From Patescibacteria group bacterium (GTDB lineage Bacteria; Patescibacteriota; WWE3; UBA101185; 2-01-FULL-41-18), in the NCBI GenBank assembly GCA_038064575.1, contig JBBTST010000001.1:35650-99649 (forward strand): 64,000 bases of DNA, in the 5' to 3' direction. The notes beneath the pieces are model-generated. The model ran no database searches. It saw only the letters and a program-made list of their open reading frames with translations, and was not told the origin of the DNA. A program made the translations under genes and the position numbers. The first letter of the stretch is position 1. Every line of letters begins with the position of its first letter. Shown one piece after another: positions 1-8,700 of this stretch.

Positions 1-68
1 AAAAATAAAGACTTAGAATTGCAATCAACCAAAATCTAGCCTACGGGCTTAAAAAATGAGGGAGATTT

Positions 69-254
69 ATGTTTACTTTCATAGCAGTAGCTGGTGGAGT
101 GATTGTTGCAACTTTCGGCACGTGGTACGTCAGGAGAGACAAGATAGGCGCTTTATGGCCCTGGGGGAAAAGTCAAACTGATGCTGAAGTTTTCCCAAGT
201 AAGGCTGAAGCAAAAAAAGCCGTCCAGGACATGGATCCTAACCCCAGCGACTAG
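69..254 (+). CDS. small membrane-anchored hypothetical protein (61 aa)
   Basis: SD-like GAGGGAGA upstream; N-terminal hydrophobic helix followed by RR; terminator hairpin downstream. Confidence 0.7.
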   Translation: MFTFIAVAGGVIVATFGTWYVRRDKIGALWPWGKSQTDAEVFPSKAEAKKAVQDMDPNPSD

Positions 255-262
255 AGACATAC

Positions 263-300
263 AGCCCTCTTAAGTTTAAAAACTTAGGAGGGTTGGTTTT
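263..300. terminator. intrinsic terminator between convergent genes
   Basis: stem ccctc(t)taagttt / aaactta(g)gaggg followed by a T-rich run. Confidence 0.65.
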
Positions 301-312
301 ATTTACTTAAAC

Positions 313-918
313 TCACAATCCCAACTTCTCAGCCTCATCCTGCATAGCTTTTAATGAAACCCTCACAAAATCATCAAAAGGTATCCCAAGTTTTTGCTGA
401 CACTGTTCTGTCTGTTCCCTGTTAACCGCTCTTGCAAATTCTTTAGCCCTCCATTTCTTTTTAACAGACTCCAAGGTAACTGAAGAGAGTTTCCTGTCAG
501 GCTGAACAAGAGTTACTGCAACAATAAATCCTGTAAGTTCATCACAACATTCAAGACACCATTCAAGATAAGTTTGAGGCTCCCTCAGATTTGTAACCTT
601 TGTATTATGAGAAGAAAAAGCTTCAAGTATATGTTGATGTACATCATGCTCCATAAGCCAATCCATAAGCATCACTGTGTGTTTTTCAGGACACTCCTTT
701 GTTAGCTCATAGTCTGCATCGTGCAAAACTCCAACCACACCCCAATCCTCTTCAGACAAGTTCTCAAGTGAGCTATCAAGCTTGCCGTTTTCCTTAAGAT
801 GTCTGTACAGCCCCCGCATTACCACAGAAACAGCATAACAGTGCCTTCGCAAATTGATGTTTTGCATATTTTTATGGAGTAAGTTATGGGCACCATCTAA
901 ATCAAGTTTTTGTTTCAT
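313..918 (-). CDS. HD-superfamily metal-dependent phosphohydrolase (COG2316-like)
   Basis: RRHC...LHDADYE...SHN...CDELTG motif set. Confidence 0.85.
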   Translation of the reverse strand: MKQKLDLDGAHNLLHKNMQNINLRRHCYAVSVVMRGLYRHLKENGKLDSSLENLSEEDWGVVGVLHDADYELTKECPEKHTVMLMDWLMEHDVHQHILEAFSSHNTKVTNLREPQTYLEWCLECCDELTGFIVAVTLVQPDRKLSSVTLESVKKKWRAKEFARAVNREQTEQCQQKLGIPFDDFVRVSLKAMQDEAEKLGL

Positions 919-924
919 ACTACT

Positions 925-2427
925 TTACAGTTTATAAATCTCTTTTGTAGTAGGGTCTATTTCTGCCTTTAACTGTGGAAAAGGAACACCCTCTTTTGCC
1001 GTAACATCTTCTAAAAACCAAAATGTTCTTTCTGCGTGCCCATAACCAAATGTAGGCGGCATTCCATATTCAAGCATTTCTACATAATCAATGTCCAACC
1101 ACTGTGCCTCCTTATCTCCCAAGTCTCTAAGCTTCTGTTGTTCTGAGAATCTTTCAAACTGGTCAATCGGATCATTAACCTCGCTCCACCCATTGCCTAG
1201 CTCACTTCCTGCAATAATAGGCTGAAACCTCTCAACCATATTTAAGTTTAGAATGCTGGGCTTTTGAAGCGGAGAAAGCACCTTTGGATGATTAATCAAA
1301 AATGTAGGACCGGCAACTTTCTTTCTTATGCTTTTCCACAAAACATCTATGCCTCTTGGAACATTAAGTATTCCTTCCGGTTTGAGATTATGCTTTGTCA
1401 TAGCATCCTGAAGCTGCTTAACGGAAGTATCATAAACATTCACTCCATAAGTTTTATTTATAATCTCACCAAAATCCATAATCTCCCAACTTTTGGAAAA
1501 ATCCACAGTGAACCCCCTGATATTAAAAATTTTCTTATCCCCATAGACATAATCAATAACGTAATTCATCAAATTTTCCACAAACCTCATCCCTTTTTGC
1601 CAGTCGGCATACGCCCAATAAAACTCCATTGCAACATGTTCCGGTAAATGCTCATCAGACAACCCTTCATTTCTAAATCTTGGCCCTATATCATAAACCT
1701 TGTCATAACCGCCTCCAATAAGCCTTTTAAGAGGCAGCTCGTGGGATATTCTTAAGAAGAAATCCTGATCTATAGCGTCCATGTGTGTAGTAAAAGGATT
1801 TGCATCCCCTCCACCTGGGATGAGTTCCAAAACGGGTATATTTATTTCTATAAAACCTTCTTTCTTGAAAAAATCTCTGTGAGCTTCCCAAAATCTTGCA
1901 CGCCTGATAAATCTTTGGTAGACCTCAGGATTAATATTTAAATCCAGATATCTTCTTCTGTATCTGGTCTCTTTGTCTTTAAGCCCATCCCATGTATCAG
2001 GCAAAGGTCTAAGGGTCTTTGCAAGAATTCTTAATTTTTTGACCTCAATTGAAATTTCTCCTCTGCTTGTTTTTGTAACCGTTCCCAAAGCTTCTACAAA
2101 ATCCCCATTGTCTAAAAGATGAAGTTCGGAAAAATTAAGTTGGCTTTTTGTGTGATTGGCATCTTTGAGATTTTCTTCTTTAATATAAAACTGGATTTTG
2201 CCTGTAGAATCCTTAACATCAAAAAAAGTCAGTTTTCCGTGTGCTCTGATAGCTATAATTCTTCCTGCTGTTGTAACCTCTTTGCCCTCAAAATCACTGA
2301 AGCCCGCTAAAACCGAGCCTATCTCAACATCTTTAAGGCTCTCAGCCGGAAAAGGGTCAACCTCAAGCGCTTTAAGGTTATCAAGTTTACCAATTCTGAT
2401 GTTTCTTAGATCTTTTAAGGTTGACAT
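925..2427 (-). CDS. lysS: lysine--tRNA ligase (class II)
   Basis: OB-fold N-terminus, RYRRRYLDL, FRNEG, ELGNGWSE, YGMPPTFGYG. Confidence 0.97.
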   Translation of the reverse strand: MSTLKDLRNIRIGKLDNLKALEVDPFPAESLKDVEIGSVLAGFSDFEGKEVTTAGRIIAIRAHGKLTFFDVKDSTGKIQFYIKEENLKDANHTKSQLNFSELHLLDNGDFVEALGTVTKTSRGEISIEVKKLRILAKTLRPLPDTWDGLKDKETRYRRRYLDLNINPEVYQRFIRRARFWEAHRDFFKKEGFIEINIPVLELIPGGGDANPFTTHMDAIDQDFFLRISHELPLKRLIGGGYDKVYDIGPRFRNEGLSDEHLPEHVAMEFYWAYADWQKGMRFVENLMNYVIDYVYGDKKIFNIRGFTVDFSKSWEIMDFGEIINKTYGVNVYDTSVKQLQDAMTKHNLKPEGILNVPRGIDVLWKSIRKKVAGPTFLINHPKVLSPLQKPSILNLNMVERFQPIIAGSELGNGWSEVNDPIDQFERFSEQQKLRDLGDKEAQWLDIDYVEMLEYGMPPTFGYGHAERTFWFLEDVTAKEGVPFPQLKAEIDPTTKEIYKL

Positions 2428-2433
2428 TTACAG

Positions 2434-3798
2434 TTAAAACTTATATGAAGCAAGCTTATCAGAAAACTTTTGGTACATATACTCTGAAGTATATTTGTCA
2501 AAAAATCTTTTTGCCTCCGCTTCCGACTCCTCTGCAAACATATGCATCACAACATTTGCAAGCTGGTCCGCACACATATACATTCTGCTAGGATTTGGGA
2601 GAATTGTGTCCTTCTGCAAAACAATAGCCCCGTTTTCAACACAATAATTAAAAAATACTCTGTAGCCTGTTAAATAGTTTTCAACCTGAGGTGTTTTCAA
2701 TCGTACAAAATAATCTGAGAAAGTTCTCATCAGCATTATATAAAGAATTGCCTCTAAATCCTTCTGGGTTATAACTCCTTTTACAAGCTGAAACCCACAA
2801 GCTTTGATCCCAACTATGCTTGAATGAAGCTCCATAACATAGTTAAACATGCCTTTTAGTCTTTCCCAACCACCTCTGTACTGAAATAAGGCCTCTGTAA
2901 CTTCATGTGCCATCACTAACCTTACTGCATTGGTCATCAAAAAGTCATCTTTAAAGGTTCTCTGAACGTCATTATCTATAAAATCTCTAAAAAGGGGCAA
3001 AAGCATCTCTCCATCCCTTTTTTGTATATTGTTTGTATAAACTACAATCTTTGTCCCAACCTCCTTTATCATCTCAATGTTTTCAGGATAATTGGTGGCT
3101 CTTGCCGGAAGGCCTGCATTTCTTCCTCCTATTGCAATGACATCATCAACCCTCACTTTAATTTTTTCAGGGGGAACGTTTTGTCTTGCCTTAGAACCAA
3201 AAGGCGGAAGCATGTTTCTAATAACCTCAACGTAATTGAATGGGTTAAATGTTTCCTTTTTACTGGTAAAAGTGAAATTGAAGTTATACGCTTTTTTAAG
3301 ACTAAACAATTGGTCCGCGTAGGAACCAAAGGGACCAATCATCAAATGCAAAAAGCTCCCATTCTCAACCCTAACCCAGGCTTTCTCAAGTTCTATATAA
3401 TCCCCATGAACAAGCGCATAGGAAGTTGTTTCAAGAAAAGCCTTAAAGCTCTCATTTAGTGTGAGTGAGGCAGCCTTTTGCAATAACTCTATTACCGGTT
3501 TTAAATCATTGGCATACTCTTCATGGTAGGGAACAGCATACAAAAAACCTGAAGAGTCTCTTTTAACAACCGTATAAGGATCAAGGATTTTGGGGTTTTT
3601 CTTGTTAGCTTCTTCAAGTTCTTTTTTTGTTGCATCTACGGGATAAAATGAGGCTCCCGGAAGACTGTCATCTTCTACCTGCTTTTCAAAAAGATTTCCA
3701 ATCTTCTTACCAGCTTCTTTTAAAATTTCAACAATTTGCAAATCTTCTGCTGAAAACCTGCTTTTATCAAAATCGTACTCAAGGTAATACTTAGTCAT
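2434..3798 (-). CDS. peptidase M49 (DPP III)-like protein with degenerate Zn motif
   Basis: FYPxD..PYTVV..AVPY.EEY, IGPF..Y.D.L; HEVTE where HExxH is expected. Confidence 0.6.
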   Translation of the reverse strand: MTKYYLEYDFDKSRFSAEDLQIVEILKEAGKKIGNLFEKQVEDDSLPGASFYPVDATKKELEEANKKNPKILDPYTVVKRDSSGFLYAVPYHEEYANDLKPVIELLQKAASLTLNESFKAFLETTSYALVHGDYIELEKAWVRVENGSFLHLMIGPFGSYADQLFSLKKAYNFNFTFTSKKETFNPFNYVEVIRNMLPPFGSKARQNVPPEKIKVRVDDVIAIGGRNAGLPARATNYPENIEMIKEVGTKIVVYTNNIQKRDGEMLLPLFRDFIDNDVQRTFKDDFLMTNAVRLVMAHEVTEALFQYRGGWERLKGMFNYVMELHSSIVGIKACGFQLVKGVITQKDLEAILYIMLMRTFSDYFVRLKTPQVENYLTGYRVFFNYCVENGAIVLQKDTILPNPSRMYMCADQLANVVMHMFAEESEAEAKRFFDKYTSEYMYQKFSDKLASYKF

Positions 3799-4255
3799 GC
3801 TTAATTTCTAAAATTTTATATTTTAATTTTACTACGGGAGTAGAGACTTCCACCACATCTCCAGCCTTGGTCCCAAGAATAGCTTGCCCTACAGGGGACT
3901 CATTAGAAATCAGGTTTTTAACGGGGTCTGCTTCAAAACTACCTACAATTTTAAAGGAGTCTACCTCACCATCAACCTCTACAATTACAATAGAACCAAC
4001 TCTGACAAATTTAGAATCTTCGTTTTCATCAATTACTTGGCTGCTTCTTAACAAATCCTCAAGTTCAGCTATTTTTTGTTCAATTTGATCACGTTTCTCA
4101 AGTTCAATATCATATTGAGTATTATCCTCATACCCACCCGAATCTATAGCTGTCTTAATATCCTGAGCAATCTGAGGCCTTGCCTTGTTCACCAGAAAGT
4201 CATGCTCTTCCCTGAGTTTCTTAAGACCTTCTTTTGTCAAATAAGATTTTGACAT
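3791..4255 (-). CDS. GreA/GreB-family factor with atypical coiled-coil tip
   Basis: YLTKEGLKKL, ISNESPVGQAILG; tip reads GGYEDNTQY. Confidence 0.88.
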   Translation of the reverse strand: MSKSYLTKEGLKKLREEHDFLVNKARPQIAQDIKTAIDSGGYEDNTQYDIELEKRDQIEQKIAELEDLLRSSQVIDENEDSKFVRVGSIVIVEVDGEVDSFKIVGSFEADPVKNLISNESPVGQAILGTKAGDVVEVSTPVVKLKYKILEIKHD

Positions 4256-4307
4256 AACCTAGCCTTTCTAGTCTTTCTCCCCTATCTAACTTAGAAAGGG
4301 CAGTACA

Positions 4308-4772
4308 TTACTCAATACTTAATACTGTATATGTAATTACACCCATAGGTGCTTCCACTTTGACCTTATCACCAATCTTTCTGCCAAGCAGGGCCAAACC
4401 CAAAGGCGACTCGTGAGAAATCTTTCTATCAAGAGGGTTAGCCTCAGGAGCTCCAACTATTTCAAAATACTCTTCACCCCCATCTACATGTACTCTTACC
4501 TTATTACCAACATTGATTTCACTTTTAACGGTATTAGAAATAACCTCAACATTTTTCACTATTTCCTCTATTTCTCTGATCCTGCTTTCAATAAAACCCT
4601 GTTCATCTCTTGCAGCATCATATTCAGCATTTTCTGAGATATCCCCCATTTCTCTGGCCGACTTTATACGCTCCGCTATAAGAGGTCTTTTAACCTCCAC
4701 AAGCTCTTTATATTCTTTTTTCAAGGACTCAAGTCCTTCTTTTGTAACGTAAACTTTGTCTTTTTTTATCAT
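4308..4772 (-). CDS. greA: transcription elongation factor GreA
   Basis: canonical GDISENAEY tip, ISHESPLGLALLG; start re-called to ATG at 4772. Confidence 0.95.
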   Translation of the reverse strand: MIKKDKVYVTKEGLESLKKEYKELVEVKRPLIAERIKSAREMGDISENAEYDAARDEQGFIESRIREIEEIVKNVEVISNTVKSEINVGNKVRVHVDGGEEYFEIVGAPEANPLDRKISHESPLGLALLGRKIGDKVKVEAPMGVITYTVLSIE

Positions 4773-4871
4773 AAGCAACAAAAAAATTCCCCGTGCCAAA
4801 CATTAAAAGAAATCTATCTTTTTTTGCTTCAAGGGGGAATTTGCAATAGCCTTTACTAAACAACATGTGGA

Positions 4872-4900
4872 ATCCTATCACTCACCAATCTATATGTCAA
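4872..4900 (-). promoter_or_regulatory. sigma70 promoter of the greA-lysS operon
   Basis: TTGACA-17 nt-TAGGAT with TG extension on the minus strand. Confidence 0.75.
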
Positions 4901-4973
4901 GCTCTATAAAGCTTGTCATGACAGCAAATATGCAGGGTGGAATCATGTTTAGGAGTATTATTTAAAAGCATTT

Positions 4974-5405
4974 ATGACTTCAATTTACAATCAGATTATT
5001 TTTACACTTAGCTTCCTGGCAGTTTCATTTGTGCTCTACTTCAGATTTGGTTTTCAGATCTCCAAAATAATACGCAGACGTGTGTGTCCAGTATGTTTTG
5101 CCGTAGGAAGCACCTGGCTGTTTCTGCTGATTTTAAGTTTTACTGGAATTTATGAGGTTAATAGATTATTAATAGCTATGCTTCTTTCAGAAAGTGTTGT
5201 TGGTGTATCTTATCTTGTAGAGGAATTCCTACTTGTTTACAACTTAAAATTTGACGACTATTTACTCAAATTTGGCATAATTTTGTATGGAACAACCTCT
5301 ACTTTAACTTTTGCCTTCATTCATGAACTTATTGGGCTCTTACTTTTTTTACCGGTTATTGTTTTTGGTTTCCTTTCACTAACACCCATTAAAAAACCCA
5401 GTTAA
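4974..5405 (+). CDS. integral membrane protein with CxxC motif
   Basis: 4-5 hydrophobic segments; VCPVC. Confidence 0.75.
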   Translation: MTSIYNQIIFTLSFLAVSFVLYFRFGFQISKIIRRRVCPVCFAVGSTWLFLLILSFTGIYEVNRLLIAMLLSESVVGVSYLVEEFLLVYNLKFDDYLLKFGIILYGTTSTLTFAFIHELIGLLLFLPVIVFGFLSLTPIKKPS

Positions 5406-5624
5406 ACTTGGTAATATAACCACATAAAGGCTTTGATTTATTCCTCTAACAAACAAAACACCCATACAGGCCAGTAACTATTAACTCAAGTTATAACAGC
5501 CTATATAAGGAGAAACAATGCATGTCTTATAGAAATAACTAATAAAGAATCTATTTACTACAGGTTTTATACTTGCTACTATTAAAAATAAAAATGTTCC
5601 CTGATGACGGTTACTATATCCATC

Positions 5625-5653
5625 TTGAGCAAACACTATCCTTGTGATATTAT
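5625..5653 (+). promoter_or_regulatory. candidate promoter of the glycosyltransferase operon
   Basis: TTGAGC-17 nt-(TGa)TATTAT. Confidence 0.5.
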
Positions 5654-5730
5654 AGGATACCTTAAAACGTTTATATTTTAGGTATAGCAAAAAGTGGTTG
5701 GAAAACCGCACATTAGAATAAGTTTGTTTT

Positions 5731-8700
5731 ATGGAAAAAATCGATTTATCTATAATAATTCCCTCAAGAAACGAAGAAGGAAATGTAAAACCCTTATATG
5801 AAAGGTTGAATAAAGCTTTTAGAAACTCAAAAATTGAGTATGAAGTTTTGTATATTGTCGACAAATCTGTAGACAATACTTATGAGGAGGCCTCCAAATA
5901 CGAACAGGATGAGAGGTTTATTGTTCACAAAAAGAGGGGGAAACCGGGTAAAGGCTACTCCATTGTTGAAGGCTGTGAATATGCAAAAGGCGAATATGTA
6001 GCTTTCATTGATGCCGATCTTCAATATCCTCCTGAAGCCCTTCCTGAAATGTACAAGATTGCAAAAGAGCATGGAGTTGTAGTAGCCAAGAGAATAACCT
6101 ACAAATCAACATTTTTAAGAAGGTTGGGATCAAGATTTAACGCTTTTTTCTTTGGAAAAGTCTTACTGGGACTTGATTGTGATATCCAATCCGGATTGAA
6201 AGTGTTTAAAAGAGATGTTTTGCAACACCTTGACCTTTCTACCGTTGGTCCCTGGACTTTTGACATTCCTCTCTTACACACCTCTTCTGAACTTGGCTAC
6301 AAAATAGCAACTTATGAAATAGACTTTGTTGACAGGTACACCGGAAATTCAAAGGTGAGCTTTATTAAAACCGGTTTTGGTATAGCTTCCTGCGCACTAA
6401 AAACAAGACTTAAAAAAAGAGCGGTGTATGAAATAAAACCCCTAAACGGAGGGTCAATCGGGGCTGGCATGGTATTTAAAAAACATAGATTTGTAATCCA
6501 TTCAAAGCGTCCGCATCACAATTCCGCACTTCACACTTTTGTTTTCTGGCAAAAGCTTTTCATTTACTGTGTCATCACGGGAGCTTCAGTTGGTCTATAC
6601 ATTGACGCAAGAGTCACCGCTATCATGGTTTTTGCGGTTCTTAACACCTTATATTTTTGTGATGTCATATTTAACCTAATAGTCATTCTTAAAAGTCTGC
6701 ACTTCCCTCCCGAATTAGCCTTTTCAGCAGAAGAGATTAAAAATATAGATGAAAGTAAACTTCCAAAATATACTATTTTATGCCCTTTGTATAAAGAGGT
6801 TGAAATTCTTCCTCACTTTGTAGAAAACGTTTCAAAGCTTGATTATCCAAAAAACAAACTGGAGGTACTTTTGCTTCTTGAGGAGGATGACAAGGACACT
6901 CAGGAAATTGCAAGACTAATGCATCTTCCTAACTATTTTAGAATTGTAGTTGTTCCTCACTCCCAACCAAAGACCAAACCCAAGGCATGCAACTATGGTC
7001 TTCATGTTGCCTCAGGAGAGCTAACAGTAATTTATGACGCAGAAGATCAACCTGAACCATCACAACTCAAAAAGGCTTATCTGGGCTTTAAAAACCTTCC
7101 TGAAAAGGTTGTCTGCTTGCAGGCTAAGCTTAATTACTACAACCCAAGCCACAACTTATTGACTCGCCTTTTCACAGCAGAATACTCTTTATGGTTTGAC
7201 GTGGTGTTACCCGGATATCAATCCATAAACACTGCTATTCCTCTTGGCGGAACTTCCAACCACTTCAAAACCGAAATGTTAAAAAAACTGCATGGGTGGG
7301 ATGCTTTTAATGTAACAGAGGATTGCGATCTTGGTGTAAACCTTTTTAAGCAAGGATACAAAACTGCAATCATAGACTCAACCACCTTGGAAGAAGCAAA
7401 TAGTGATATCAAAAATTGGATTAGGCAAAGATCAAGGTGGATCAAGGGGTATATGCAAACCTACCTGGTTCACATGAGAAACCCGTTAGAACTCATAAAA
7501 ACTTATGGCTGGCACTCTTTCATCTTTCACCTGGTCATTGGCGCACGAATGTATTTCATGCTTATTAACCCAATCTTGTGGCTAATGACCTTTGCTTACT
7601 TTGCTTTGTATGCTCATGTAGGACCCACCATAGAAAGCCTATACCCACCGGCAGTTTTTTACATGGGGGCTTTTTCCTTGGTTGTTGGGAATTTTGTGGC
7701 TCTTTATAACTACATGATAGGCTGTGCCAAGAGAGGGCATTGGAATCTTATCAAATTTGTCTATTTAGTTCCCCTTTATTGGCTTTTGGCAAGCATAGGA
7801 GCAGTAATGGCCTTCTATCAGCTTTTGTTTAAACCTCATTTTTGGGAGAAGACCCATCATGGATTACACCTTAAAAAAGCCAGACAACTAATAAATCTAA
7901 GAGAAGTGCTAATCAACATGCAAGGAGTTTCCATCAGGGCTGCTAAATCCGGAAGTTTTCTGGTAGCGGCCGGTTTAATTACCAATTTTTTAAATTATGT
8001 ATATAATGCTTTTCTCAGTAGAAGGGTTGAAGTTGAAGATTTTGGGTTGATTAGTCTTGTAGGAAGCCTCTTCTTTATTGCAAGCATTCCTTTAAGTGCT
8101 CTTTCCAGAACTATAACATATAAGACCGCTTTCCTGCTTGGAAAGTTCAATCTAGCCCCAAAAACCTTCTGGTCTAACATTAGAAAAATAGCGTTTGTTT
8201 TTGGTATTGCCACAACAATAAGTTGGGTATTGTTAATACCTTACCTCATGAGATATTTTAATACAACCACACCGCTTCCTTTCTTATACTTCACTCCGGT
8301 CTGGGCAATAGGAATTTTGGCTGCCGTAGATAGCGGGTTTATAAGCGGAAATCAAAAATTTAACATTTCAGCAATCCTGATTATTTCAGAAGCTATTGCA
8401 AAACTTGCTTTCACCTTTTTAAGCTTATATCTTAACAACAACGATTTAATCTATGCAGCAATACCCGTTTCACTTGTGGTTCCTTTTGCAATCGGATGGC
8501 TGTACATAGTTAGACAAAAAGTGGACCAGTCTAAAATAAAAGCACTTAATGAAGCTTTATATTTTCCAAAAGACTTTTTTCTTACCTCACTATTCATTAA
8601 ATTTTCAACAGTTTCTTCACTAAGCCTTGATATTCTGATAGTAAAACATATTTTGGTTGCAAAAGACGCCGGATATTATGCCCTGATAGCCTTGGTGGGG

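Noticed and set aside
5506-5532. TAAGGAG followed by mini-ORF MHVL*
   Set aside because: Four codons with no associated structure; could be chance or debris.
5481-5876. 131-aa minus-strand ORF
   Set aside because: It overlaps the start and promoter of the large GT gene and has no recognisable motif.
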